This document shows positions 1 to 11,420 of a stretch of 64,000 nt of DNA, in pieces; the first letter of the stretch is position 1, and the number at the start of each line of letters is the position of its first letter. The position numbers and the translations under genes were made by a program. A model generated the notes under the pieces. It was not told the origin of the DNA and ran no database searches. It saw nothing but the letters and a program-made list of their open reading frames with translations. Source of the stretch: Candidatus Magasanikbacteria bacterium RIFCSPHIGHO2_01_FULL_41_23 (GTDB taxonomy: Bacteria; Patescibacteriota; Patescibacteriia; Magasanikbacterales; UBA922); assembly GCA_001782805.1 (NCBI GenBank), contig MFPT01000002.1, forward strand, positions 5,401-69,400. Direction: 5' to 3'.

Positions 1-380
1 GGTAGTATACTCTGAATCAAACTACATCTTTCATGCATTAATTCCATGTATCTACTGTTATCATTTTTTTCTGTCGCTTCTTCAACCTCCTGCCTATTAA
101 GGTCTATAGCACTACTCATGTCAGGGAGATCACCAAAAACTAGATTAGACGCTATGGTATGCAAATCAGTACCAAGTAATAAATGTTCGGCTCTTGAGCG
201 ACTTGCATCTATTTTTTTTACCGGACCGCGTAATATATCCACAGCCTGAATATAATCTGCATTTTCCGATTCAACCTCTGCGGCTTGCTCCATTTTACTC
301 GCTTGCGCAGAACCTTCCCTACCAATAAGGAAAGAAGCTGTCCCACCCAGAACTCCCTTTAAAAAATCTCGTCTTTCCAT
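1..380 (-). CDS. Partial CDS: secreted or periplasmic protein with a twin-arginine (Tat) signal peptide. The N-terminus is in the window and the C-terminus lies beyond the window start.
   Basis: I translated the minus strand myself: ATG at 378-380, then MERRDFLKGVLGGTASFLIGREGSAQAS..., with no stop codon before position 1. The RRDFLKG motif followed by a hydrophobic stretch is a classic Tat signal. The ORF is absent from the track because it is incomplete. Confidence 0.45.
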   Translation of the reverse strand, partial: MERRDFLKGVLGGTASFLIGREGSAQASKMEQAAEVESENADYIQAVDILRGPVKKIDASRSRAEHLLLGTDLHTIASNLVFGDLPDMSSAIDLNRQEVEEATEKNDNSRYMELMHERCSLIQSIL

Positions 381-473
381 AGATATTTTTTATTCCTCTT
401 TGAACTAATTTTATATTAAATTCAGAAAAAGATCAAAACGACTTTTATCCAACATTTATAACAAGACTAAAAT

Positions 474-501
474 TTGACAATAATATTGCGTAGTTTATAC
501 T
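474..501 (+). promoter_or_regulatory. Sigma70-like promoter, TTGACA-16 nt-TATACT, facing a non-coding stretch
   Basis: TTGACA sits at 474-479 and TATACT at 496-501, a near-consensus -35/-10 pair with 16-nt spacing. There is no plus-strand ORF downstream. Confidence 0.35.
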
Positions 502-507
502 GAAATC

Positions 508-672
508 AGTAAGTTGCTTCTGAACGGCTCTACTCTGGTTCCATCCACCTTTTTCTTTTTCCTAACCACTCCTCACAGCTCCCGAGTAGACAGAAGCTTC
601 CTACTTTAGGAACGACCGGATCATGCTCTCCCCAAGAGTTGATAACCGGTCGTTCCTTCCCCTCCTAATTTT

Positions 673-674
<2 letters not shown>
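508..674 (+). ncRNA. Candidate small structured RNA: a promoter, a long interrupted helix and a terminal hairpin with a T-run
   Basis: Long-range complementarity: cttctg(aacggc)tctactc at about 529-547 pairs with gagtagacagaag at about 583-595. A perfect 11-bp inverted repeat ggaacgaccgg/ccggtcgttcc (609-619 and 646-656) is followed by ttcccctcctaatttttt. The region has no convincing ORF. Confidence 0.25.
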
Positions 675-2802
<2,128 letters not shown>

Positions 2803-2888
2803 TTAGGCGTATGTTATTGTTTTATTAGGTGTTTGGAGGGTTCGCCCTCTCACAGCTATTACATAAGCTGTAACCAAACACCCGCAAA

Positions 2889-2918
2889 ACATCCCTTTAA
2901 TAAGGGATTTTTTGTTTA
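2889..2918. terminator. Rho-independent terminator-like hairpin (atcccttt-aataa-gggat followed by a T-run)
   Basis: The stem is atccctt/aagggat with tttttgttt on the plus side. It sits immediately at the 3' end of the minus-strand ORF 2916-3374. Confidence 0.4.
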
Positions 2919-3374
2919 ATCTTCTGCAGGGTGTCCGTAGTGGAGCTTGCGTACGTGGTTATTATTTATTCCCCAATGAGGAATAATACTCCAAAAAAAC
3001 TTCTGCCCATTTTCAATTTCCTTAACAATAATTTTAAGTCGAACATCTTCGATAACAGCAATAAACTCGTAATAAGTTACATCTTTCAAGATCGTGTCAG
3101 TTCTACTGTGAACACGCACTCGCTCAAAGCTTTTGGCTTCACATCTTCCTTGTAAAGTTCCACTGTTTTTTAAAACCACTGGAGCAAAATGTAGCAATTT
3201 AAAACGCATATACTGATCATGTTGCAATCGAGCTTTGGCACGGCTTTTAAATTTAAGATGCTGGAGTTCTTCTGAATTAAAAAATACTTTGGATTTGAAA
3301 TAAGGGCAATCGACTGCCTCTAAAGTTTTATAAAGAGTTTCTGCTTTTTCTTTTACTTCTGAAAAATTTTGCAT
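2916..3374 (-). CDS. Hypothetical protein (152 aa)
   Basis: Complete ORF in operon context with the NUDIX and TatD genes. No motif was recognised. Confidence 0.4.
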   Translation of the reverse strand: MQNFSEVKEKAETLYKTLEAVDCPYFKSKVFFNSEELQHLKFKSRAKARLQHDQYMRFKLLHFAPVVLKNSGTLQGRCEAKSFERVRVHSRTDTILKDVTYYEFIAVIEDVRLKIIVKEIENGQKFFWSIIPHWGINNNHVRKLHYGHPAED

Positions 3375-3379
3375 ATTTT

Positions 3380-3817
3380 TTAAGAAAAATCGCTGTACCG
3401 TTTATTCTTTTTATAATTTTCAATCGCTTCACGGATATAATAAATTGTGTTTTCGGGCAAATTCGCCAAATTAAACCACGATAGATCATCGCATTTTTTG
3501 GGTTCCAGATTCTGGGGTTCTCCCTCCCATTTTCGTGCCACAAAAAAATAATTAACCCGTTCATCTACAACGCGGTGATCAATACTTGATAATTCCAAAT
3601 CATCGAGCGCCACGGAGACACTGCTCTCTTCTTTTGCCTCGCGTTGCATGGCTTCACGCAGTGTTTCACCTGGCTCAAGATGACCAGCGATCATACTGTA
3701 ATGCCCGTCCATGTGGCCAGTGTTCGTGCGGCGCAATAATAAAATTTTGTTATTACGCACTAAAATTAAAAACACTGCGGGAATAACTCGAAAATAATTT
3801 TTTTGCGCATCAACCAT
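3380..3817 (-). CDS. NUDIX hydrolase
   Basis: The Nudix box GHLEPGETLREAMQREAKEESSV matches the GX5EX7REUXEEXGU signature. Confidence 0.8.
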   Translation of the reverse strand: MVDAQKNYFRVIPAVFLILVRNNKILLLRRTNTGHMDGHYSMIAGHLEPGETLREAMQREAKEESSVSVALDDLELSSIDHRVVDERVNYFFVARKWEGEPQNLEPKKCDDLSWFNLANLPENTIYYIREAIENYKKNKRYSDFS

Positions 3818-3818
3818 A

Positions 3819-4670
3819 TCATTTTATTTTATGAAACAGTTGTTTGGAATTGGCAAAAATGATCTCCTCCATTTCTTTTGCATCCTTGTCCCGCAATTCC
3901 GCAATTTTCGCCACACACTCCTCGGTCATCCATGGTTCACAGCGTTCACCGCGATATTTTTGCGGCGCCAAATATGGCGCGTCTGTTTCTACCAAAATTT
4001 TATTTTCTGGCATATTCCGAATCACCTCCCACAATGATTCTTGTTGTGCCGGATTGGTTTTTTTGGCTGGAAAAGTAATCACGCCGGTAAAACCAAGATA
4101 AAACCCTAACTTTAGATATTCTTGAGCATATTGCCAATTACCGGTGTAGCAATGAATCGTACCGCGCTGCTTGGGTAATTCAATTGTTTTTAGGAGTTCA
4201 ATCATGTGCTCATGTGCGTCACGGACATGAATAATTAACGGCACTTCATGCCTAATCGCAAACGCTACCTGCTTTTTAAAAACTTTTTTTTGTTTATCTA
4301 AAACTGTTTCCCGCGGCACATCAGGTGGCAGATGAAATAAATCCAAACCGCATTCACCGATTCCAATTATTTTTTCCGGAGCAATATTATAAATTTCTTC
4401 GTAATAAACTTCATCAAAATCCTCTTCGCGCGACATGAATTGGCTTTCTTCTTCATCAATATAAGTCGGGAATAAATGATTGGGATGCGTGCCAATACTG
4501 GCATACATATCGGAATTTTCTCTGGCCAGCAATACCGCTTTTTTACTCGTATCTTTCTGTGTACCCACTAAATTTAAAATAATACCACGTACGCGACAGC
4601 GCTCAATAATTTTTTCTCGATCCGCGTCTTGTCCCTTAAATTGCAGATGACAATGAGTATCAATTATCAT
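3819..4670 (-). CDS. tatD: TatD-family metal-dependent deoxyribonuclease/hydrolase
   Basis: The N-terminus MIIDTHCHL is the TatD signature, and the length and His/Asp/Glu pattern are typical of TatD. Confidence 0.85.
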   Translation of the reverse strand: MIIDTHCHLQFKGQDADREKIIERCRVRGIILNLVGTQKDTSKKAVLLARENSDMYASIGTHPNHLFPTYIDEEESQFMSREEDFDEVYYEEIYNIAPEKIIGIGECGLDLFHLPPDVPRETVLDKQKKVFKKQVAFAIRHEVPLIIHVRDAHEHMIELLKTIELPKQRGTIHCYTGNWQYAQEYLKLGFYLGFTGVITFPAKKTNPAQQESLWEVIRNMPENKILVETDAPYLAPQKYRGERCEPWMTEECVAKIAELRDKDAKEMEEIIFANSKQLFHKIK

Positions 4671-4742
4671 AAACGCTTGTTTATTTTTGTATATGTGATA
4701 TTATTTCCCAAACTCCGCGAGGGCGGAAAGGGAAAAACAATC

Positions 4743-5105
4743 ATGAATGTCACGAAAGTGGCACATCTGGTTCGCCAAGGCCGATCCGAAGGGATCAGCT
4801 GGCGCGTGTTCATCATCGAGAAGTCAGGAGATGCCGACATCGGCGTCTACACCGTGGACATCGGTCGCACCCAGATCGACTCCGAACATCACGGACGACT
4901 GATCAACGCCATGTTCCTGGATCACACCAAGTGGATCGAGGAGCTCGGACACCCGCGGTCTGACTGCGGCGTGGTGGATGATCCCAGCAAGATCCGTCAT
5001 GATCATATGTGGATGGTTCAGGGGAGCACGCTCGTGATCCCCTGGCTGAAGTTCATCCACTACCACGCGGTCGTCGAGGAGGAGACGATCACGACCATGC
5101 CCTGA
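4743..5105 (+). CDS. Hypothetical small protein encoded within a high-GC island
   Basis: The ORF begins MNVTKVAHLVRQGRSEGISWRVFIIEKSGDADIG.... Its local GC is visibly about 58-60%, against an AT-rich background. A plausible RBS (aaggga) lies upstream, and a GC hairpin (cccgacgaaaaatcgggg) lies downstream. Confidence 0.5.
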   Translation: MNVTKVAHLVRQGRSEGISWRVFIIEKSGDADIGVYTVDIGRTQIDSEHHGRLINAMFLDHTKWIEELGHPRSDCGVVDDPSKIRHDHMWMVQGSTLVIPWLKFIHYHAVVEEETITTMP

Positions 5106-5182
5106 TTCGGAGTTCTCGTTCCCTGCCTCCCGACGAAAAATCGGGGGGCGGGGTTCACACAACTTTGTTTATCCGAATAATT

Positions 5183-5725
5183 TTAAATAAATTTATTTTG
5201 CACGTAATCAACTGTTGACTTTAAAAGTTTGAGCGCGTCCGGCAACAATGGAATAAAAACATCGGCCACTGACCGAAATTTTGGCGCCAGTTCTGACTCG
5301 GCAATCATAGTCATAATTTTTTCTGACAATGGGAACCGTTCCACAAAAAATAAAATTAAACCCAATGTCATGGCTCCTTCTATAAAACCTAACCCAACTC
5401 CCAGCAAACGGTTTAACGAACTGATAAAAGGCAAACGGGTAATAATCGACAAAATGCGATCAACAATCCAAAAAGCAAAACCAACTAAACGGCTGATGAT
5501 AAAAAATGCTACAATGAACATCGTCACTCGAGCGATATTTCCTTCCCATCCAGTAATTTTAGTCAGCCACATGGCCATGGGTTCATAGTAGCGGCTGGCC
5601 AAATACGCTCCAGCCAATGTACCCATCAGTGATCCGGCCGTATGAATAAATCCAAACCAAAAACCAAATAGGGCAAAGCCGGCCATTATAATGAGAAGAG
5701 AGAGATCAAACCATGAAAGAGGCAT
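5183..5725 (-). CDS. CvpA-family membrane protein (colicin V production protein-like)
   Basis: 180 aa with four predicted TM segments. The N-terminus MPLSWFDLSLLIIMAGFALFGFWFGFIHTAGSL is typical of CvpA. Confidence 0.65.
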   Translation of the reverse strand: MPLSWFDLSLLIIMAGFALFGFWFGFIHTAGSLMGTLAGAYLASRYYEPMAMWLTKITGWEGNIARVTMFIVAFFIISRLVGFAFWIVDRILSIITRLPFISSLNRLLGVGLGFIEGAMTLGLILFFVERFPLSEKIMTMIAESELAPKFRSVADVFIPLLPDALKLLKSTVDYVQNKFI

Positions 5726-5763
5726 AAACTAATCTAAAAAATTAATTACCAGTAGTATATACC

Positions 5764-7299
5764 TTATAGGCGCGGAAATAAAATTTCACCTTTTTTAATT
5801 AGAATTTCAGCCGGCAAACCACCCCATTTTTTTTGAATATTCAAATGATCTTTCACTGCCATGTTTAATTGAGTAAGAATTTTAGATCCTGTTTCCGGAA
5901 TAATCGGCAACAAGGAAATTGCTACATGGCGCAAGCCTTCAGCCAATTGATATATAAGTTCTTGTATATTTTCTCCTTGTTTGACTTTTTCCCATGGTTT
6001 TTGTTGTGATATTAGTGCATCAACGCGTGACACAAAATTATTTATACCTGCGACAACAGCATCAAACGCATAATTACTGATATTTTTTTCATATTCCTCC
6101 CAAAACAATTTGACATCAAAAATATCTTCTGCGGTTCCATGGATTTTATTTTCACAATATTTTTCAATCATAGTCAAAATCCGCGATGTTAAGTTTCCGA
6201 TTCCATTGACCAGATGCGCCGTATAATATTCTTTAAAGCGCTCTTCAGAAAAATCACCATCATCATAGGCTGGCATCGCGCCTAACAAATAATACCGCAA
6301 GGCATCGGTGCCGATTTGCACCGAACCTAATGAACTAAATTTAGTAACAAGATCAAGTGGATTGATCACATTTCCCAATGATTTACTCATCTTCTCTCCG
6401 TCTGCAGTAATAAAACCATGAATAAAAATTTGTTTTGAGGTCGGCAGTTCAGCAGACAATAACATGGCTTGCCACATGGCCGCTTGCTGACGCAAATTAT
6501 CTTTACCCGCAACCTGTACGCCTGGCCAAAATTTGGCAAAATTATTTTCAGTCTTGCCCTGAGCATAATCCAATGGCCATCCCAAAGTTGAGATATAGTT
6601 GACGAGCGCGTCAAACCAAACATACAACACTTGTTCGGGATCATTTGGCACCGGCACTCCCCACGGCATTTTTGTTTTTAAACGTGAAATACTGAAATCT
6701 TCCAATCCTCGTTCCACAAATTTTTTGATTTCTTGCAAACGATTGGCCGGCACAACAAAATCCGGCTGGTTCTCGTATAATTCCAACAAAGCCGTCTGAT
6801 ATTGAGAAAATCGAAAAAAATAATTTTCTTCATCAATGAATTCCAGATTTAAGTTGGGATGAGTTGGACAATGATCATCAACCAATTCCGAATCGGTTTT
6901 TTCCAACTCACAACCCACGCAGTATTTAATTTTGTATTTTTTCTTGTAAATATCACCTTTGGCCAAACACAATTTCCAAAATTCCTGAGCCGCGGCACAA
7001 TGCTCGGGATCTGTCGTACGAATAAAATTCGTATAACTTAAATTTAACGCGGATTTTAACTCACCAAAGCGCGCCGCATATTCATCGCAATATGTTTGCG
7101 GATCAATTCCTTGCTCAATTGCTTTACGATAAATTTTCAGGCCATGCTCGTCAGTTCCCGTATTAAAAACAACATCTTCTCCCAATAAACGATGATAACG
7201 CGCCAAAACATCGGCCTGAATAATTTCCCAAGCAAAACCAATATGTGGATCCGCGTTCACGTAAGGCAAGGTAGTGGTAATGTAATAACTTGGCTTCAT
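5764..7299 (-). CDS. metG: Methionyl-tRNA synthetase
   Basis: HIGH-class motif PHIGFA and the KMSKS motif (KMSKSLGN) are present. 511 aa, without a C-terminal tRNA-binding extension. Confidence 0.95.
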   Translation of the reverse strand: MKPSYYITTTLPYVNADPHIGFAWEIIQADVLARYHRLLGEDVVFNTGTDEHGLKIYRKAIEQGIDPQTYCDEYAARFGELKSALNLSYTNFIRTTDPEHCAAAQEFWKLCLAKGDIYKKKYKIKYCVGCELEKTDSELVDDHCPTHPNLNLEFIDEENYFFRFSQYQTALLELYENQPDFVVPANRLQEIKKFVERGLEDFSISRLKTKMPWGVPVPNDPEQVLYVWFDALVNYISTLGWPLDYAQGKTENNFAKFWPGVQVAGKDNLRQQAAMWQAMLLSAELPTSKQIFIHGFITADGEKMSKSLGNVINPLDLVTKFSSLGSVQIGTDALRYYLLGAMPAYDDGDFSEERFKEYYTAHLVNGIGNLTSRILTMIEKYCENKIHGTAEDIFDVKLFWEEYEKNISNYAFDAVVAGINNFVSRVDALISQQKPWEKVKQGENIQELIYQLAEGLRHVAISLLPIIPETGSKILTQLNMAVKDHLNIQKKWGGLPAEILIKKGEILFPRL

Positions 7300-7512
7300 A
7301 TATTTACAATTGATACGAATGTGATATGGTAATAGTGAAAGATTTGTTGTCTTATCTGACTTGATTCATAATGCCGTCGGATTCGTCCTCGGCCGGGGTT
7401 CTTATAATTAAGTTCTCCGGGATCAAAGGGGGTCAGTGTAGCAACTCATCTCATAACCTCGGGCAGATCCAACACCCAGAAACCCTTTTCCGGCCTGCCC
7501 GAGGCCTCACAT
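7300..7512 (-). promoter_or_regulatory. GC-rich structured leader or intergenic RNA element between rsmI and metG
   Basis: 213 bp with markedly higher GC than other intergenic regions. It contains a 10-bp perfect inverted repeat (cctcgggcag...ctgcccgagg), a GGA-CGAA-UCC hairpin, and other helices. Confidence 0.25.
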
Positions 7513-8184
7513 CTATTTTGAAATGATAATTACAAATTCGCCTTTTTCCGGAATTTTTATGGTCATGATTTCGGTCATTGTTCCGCGATACACAGTTTCA
7601 AATTTTTTCGTTAATTCTCGACAAATACAGATTTTTCTTTCCGGATTTAATGATGCAGCCAATTCAGTCAGGCATTTTTGGATGCGGTGACTTGATTCAT
7701 AGAATACCACGGTCGTTTTAGTTTTGGCTAGCTCTTTAAAAAATGTCTGCCGGCCTTTTTTGTGCGGTGGAAATCCTAAAAAAAGAAAATTGTCCGTGGG
7801 AAATCCGGAAATGGATAACGCCGCGATTAAGGCCGATGATCCTGGAATTGGTATGACAGTAGTCTCTTTATTATTTTTAGTTATTTGTTCAATTAAATAA
7901 TTCCCCGGATCACAAATTCCCGGAGTGCCCGCGTCAGTTACCAACGCCAAATTTTTTCCCTTAGCCAATAATTCTTGAACTTCCTTAATTTTAGCCGAAT
8001 CACTGTATTCATGATAACTTAACGTCGGCGTTTTTATGGCATAATGATTCAGAAGATTTTTCGTCACGCGCGTATCTTCACATAAAATCAAATCAACCGT
8101 GCGCAGTGTTTCCAGCGCGCGCAACGTTATATCTTCCATATTGCCGATGGGAGTAGCGACGATGTATAGTTTTCCATTTTCCAT
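7513..8184 (-). CDS. rsmI: 16S rRNA (cytidine1402-2'-O)-methyltransferase RsmI
   Basis: The N-terminus LYIVATPIGNMEDITLRALETLRTVDLILCEDTR is the canonical RsmI/tetrapyrrole-methylase-fold signature. Confidence 0.9.
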   Translation of the reverse strand: MENGKLYIVATPIGNMEDITLRALETLRTVDLILCEDTRVTKNLLNHYAIKTPTLSYHEYSDSAKIKEVQELLAKGKNLALVTDAGTPGICDPGNYLIEQITKNNKETTVIPIPGSSALIAALSISGFPTDNFLFLGFPPHKKGRQTFFKELAKTKTTVVFYESSHRIQKCLTELAASLNPERKICICRELTKKFETVYRGTMTEIMTIKIPEKGEFVIIISK

Positions 8185-8259
8185 AGATAGATATTAACAG
8201 GAATGACAAGGAAAAACAAGGCTCTGTATCTCAATAAATCTATGGTATACTGTTACCCT

Positions 8260-10626
8260 ATGTCAAATATTAAAAATCCTTTAATTTGGTTACTGGCTAT
8301 CGGACTAATTTTAAGTCCGCGCTTAGTCAAAACTGCGGAATTCAACCCCAACAACATAATTTCTGATGCTGAGCTTCAGGATTATGATTCATTGGGACGC
8401 GCGGAAATTCGCAGTTTTTTGCGCAATAAAAACAGTGCTCTCACTGATCTTATTATTGAAGATTTTGCTGGTAAAAATCGCTATGCGAGTGAAATTATTT
8501 ATCAGGCCGCACAGAATTATCAAATTAATCCTAAATATTTGTTGGTAAAATTACAAAAAGAGCAAAGCTTAATTAACAGCTCCCAACCAACTCAACGACA
8601 ATTGGATTGGGCCACTGGTTATGGCGTTTGCGATAGTTGTGATACAACTGACCCGGCTCTGGAAAAAAATAAAGGTTTTGGCAAACAAGTGGATTATGCC
8701 GCGGGCATTATGCGCTGGTATTATGAAAATATCAATTCTACCGGCTGGATAAAAAAACCCAATGTAACCTATACGATTGACAGCACACCGATAACTCCGG
8801 TCAATGAGGCTACGGCTTTTTTGTATACCTACACTCCGCATCTTCAAGGTAATGCAAATTTCGCGCGCCTTTGGAGTAATTGGTTCAGTCAAGTTTATCC
8901 GGATGGAACACTGATAAAAAGCGAAGCAAGCTCGACAATTTTTGCGATTATAAATGGAGAAAAACGGCCAATTAAAAATATGAGTGTGTTGTCGTCACGC
9001 TTTAATCCTCAAATGATGATTGTTGTGCCGGCCGAAGAACTGACTCGCTACAAAACCGGCATGATGATTACATATAATAACTATTCATTATTAAAAATAA
9101 ATGAGACGTATTATCTGCTGGATTATGAAATTGCTCGGCCATTTGCCAGCGCGGAAATTTTTAGACAATTTGGCTATAATCCGGATGAAGTTTTTGAAGC
9201 AAGTGAAGCTGATCTGGCCGGATATACTATTGACGAACCAATTACGCTGGAAGATCTATACCCAACTGGGAGAATGGTTACTATTGGCGAAACAGTGTAT
9301 TACTTAAAAAATAACCGTTATTATTTTTTCCCGAGTTTGGAAATTCTGAAAGTCAGATTTCCTCGATTAAAACCACAGGCAATTTCTTCCGAAGAATTGG
9401 CAAAATTCGAATCGGGCGGTCCATTATTATTTCCTGACGCCACTTTGGTTGGATCCCAATTGACCAATAGAATCTATGTAATTGAAAAAGGTAAAAAGCG
9501 ACTGATTCCTTCGGAAAAAATATTCTTGAATCTAGGCTATAAATGGATCAATGTAATGTGGCTTGACGATTTGACTTTGGATCAACATCAAAATGGCGAA
9601 CCCCTATACACCGATGAATTATTAAATAGGAATGCAACGTCAACCGCAAAAATTGAATTGACTGCGGCCAAAAAAGCTGTAGCGCAAAAAATTATTCCTA
9701 AAAAAGTAATTGTGCCGGCAAAAAAAACTGTTGTCGCGGTTAAAAAACCAACAGCGACTTTTTTTTCGCCACCAACATCAACTGAACCAATGCGTTTTGT
9801 GGAAACAGGGATGATGTACACTCTGCGACCTGAATCAGCCAAAAATTCCGAACCGCATTTGACCACGATAATTGACAGTTACATTGTGGCAAGAATTAAT
9901 AATGGAGTTACAGAAATCGTTGCGGAAAAAAATGCTGATGTTCCTCGACCGTTGGCATCATTAACCAAAGTAGTCGCCGCCTATCAAATGGGACGCGATT
10001 CAATTGACACGGAAAAATCAGTCAAATATAGTCCCACAAAACACAGTGCTCCGTCCGGTTATTTGTACAAAATTTCTGCCGGAGACACTGTCAAAAATAA
10101 GGATCTCCTGAGCGCACTACTCATTTCTTCATTTAACACGCCGGCACTGATGCTGGTGGATTCACTCGGGAAAAATCAAGCGGAATTTGTGACGGAAATG
10201 AATAATCAAATAAAAGAATGGGGACTGACAAAATCGTATTTTTTTGATGCGCATGGATACGATGTCCGCAATCAAAGCACGGCACGGGAATATGTAACGA
10301 TATTTACCACTGCGCTTACTGATCCAATCCTCGAGTCATATTTGGGAGAAAAATCATACACTTACGAGGAATTAAGAAACGCGGGCGGAGCGTCAATTCA
10401 CCGTGACATTAACACCAATCGTTTATTTTTTAGCACAGACGCGCCATACACCGTATTGGCAAGCAAAACCGGTTATTTGTACGAAGCCGGATACAATATG
10501 GCCATGATTGTGGAACGAGTCGGTGATAGCCAAAAATTTGCTATCATTAGTCTGGGCAATCCGGATTACAATAAAAAATATTCAGAAACTGATCGCCTAA
10601 CGCGTTGGGCTCTTAAAAATTTTTAA
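8260..10626 (+). CDS. Secreted protein with a C-terminal D-alanyl-D-alanine carboxypeptidase (peptidase S11, PBP5-like) domain and a large N-terminal domain of unknown function
   Basis: Signal peptide MSNIKNPLIWLLAIGLILSPRLVKTA. The C-terminal region carries SxxK (ASLTK), an SxN-like motif, and KTG (ASKTGYLYEAGYN). The start was chosen at the Met preceding the signal peptide. Confidence 0.7.
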   Translation: MSNIKNPLIWLLAIGLILSPRLVKTAEFNPNNIISDAELQDYDSLGRAEIRSFLRNKNSALTDLIIEDFAGKNRYASEIIYQAAQNYQINPKYLLVKLQKEQSLINSSQPTQRQLDWATGYGVCDSCDTTDPALEKNKGFGKQVDYAAGIMRWYYENINSTGWIKKPNVTYTIDSTPITPVNEATAFLYTYTPHLQGNANFARLWSNWFSQVYPDGTLIKSEASSTIFAIINGEKRPIKNMSVLSSRFNPQMMIVVPAEELTRYKTGMMITYNNYSLLKINETYYLLDYEIARPFASAEIFRQFGYNPDEVFEASEADLAGYTIDEPITLEDLYPTGRMVTIGETVYYLKNNRYYFFPSLEILKVRFPRLKPQAISSEELAKFESGGPLLFPDATLVGSQLTNRIYVIEKGKKRLIPSEKIFLNLGYKWINVMWLDDLTLDQHQNGEPLYTDELLNRNATSTAKIELTAAKKAVAQKIIPKKVIVPAKKTVVAVKKPTATFFSPPTSTEPMRFVETGMMYTLRPESAKNSEPHLTTIIDSYIVARINNGVTEIVAEKNADVPRPLASLTKVVAAYQMGRDSIDTEKSVKYSPTKHSAPSGYLYKISAGDTVKNKDLLSALLISSFNTPALMLVDSLGKNQAEFVTEMNNQIKEWGLTKSYFFDAHGYDVRNQSTAREYVTIFTTALTDPILESYLGEKSYTYEELRNAGGASIHRDINTNRLFFSTDAPYTVLASKTGYLYEAGYNMAMIVERVGDSQKFAIISLGNPDYNKKYSETDRLTRWALKNF

Positions 10627-10627
10627 T

Positions 10628-11419
10628 ATGGCAATTGTTTTTTCGGCGATTGTGCCGCATCCGCCCGTGCTGTTACCGAATGCTCCGGAAGTCGCGCGCG
10701 ACCGTCTGGCATCTACTCGCGCGGCTCTGGCGATTTTGGAACAGGAATTATACGTCAGTCGTCCCAATCTCCTGATTATAATTTCACCGCATGCCGGGAC
10801 TTTCCTCAATGCCTTTACTGTTCATGGTCATCCAACACTGACTTCTTGTTTTGCGGAATTTGGTGATGTGGTAACCAAACGAACATGGCTTGGCGCGCCG
10901 GAAATGGCTGCAAAAATCAGTCATCGTCCGAATCAAAAAGTTATTCCCGTGCAAATGAGCGGCGAAGAGCGTTTGGATCATGGTGTTTCAATTCCTCTGC
11001 TATTTTTGACTGAACATTTGGCTAATCTCAAAATTTTACCATTGGGATTTAGTAATTTGCCACCCAAAAAACATTTTGAATTTGGTGAACTAATTAAGGA
11101 GGTACTAATGGAAGAATCTTTGCGCTGCGCCGTGGTTGCTTCGGGTGATTTGTCTCATACGCTAACGCCAAAATCACCTGGGAAATTCAATCCGCGGGGC
11201 AAGGAATTTGAACGAACTATTATTGAACTACTGTGTGCCAAAAATACGGTTGGGATTGCGAACATGGATCCGGCTTTGGTTTTGGCCGCGGATGAATGCG
11301 GGTATCGATCAATTCTGATTCTTTTGGGTATTTTGAAAAATTCCGACAGTGCGTTTCAGGTTCTGGCTCACGAAGCTCCTTTTGGCGTGGGTTATTTAAC
11401 CGGAATATTCCATCACTAA
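10628..11419 (+). CDS. LigB-family (class III extradiol dioxygenase, YgiD/Memo-like) protein
   Basis: IVPHPP..., ISPHAG, DHGVSIPLLFL and VASGDLSHTL align by eye with the YgiD/DODA motifs HGSP, SAHW, DHG and VASGNVVHNL. Confidence 0.5.
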   Translation: MAIVFSAIVPHPPVLLPNAPEVARDRLASTRAALAILEQELYVSRPNLLIIISPHAGTFLNAFTVHGHPTLTSCFAEFGDVVTKRTWLGAPEMAAKISHRPNQKVIPVQMSGEERLDHGVSIPLLFLTEHLANLKILPLGFSNLPPKKHFEFGELIKEVLMEESLRCAVVASGDLSHTLTPKSPGKFNPRGKEFERTIIELLCAKNTVGIANMDPALVLAADECGYRSILILLGILKNSDSAFQVLAHEAPFGVGYLTGIFHH

Positions 11420-11420
11420 T

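Noticed and set aside
4824-5162. 112-aa minus-strand ORF in the high-GC island
   Set aside because: Open antisense frames are expected in high-GC DNA. The sense ORF has an RBS and a more protein-like composition.
7300-7512. T-box riboswitch upstream of metG
   Set aside because: I searched the leader on the transcribed strand for the conserved AGGGUGGNACCGCG T-box sequence and did not find it. It is kept only as a generic structured leader.
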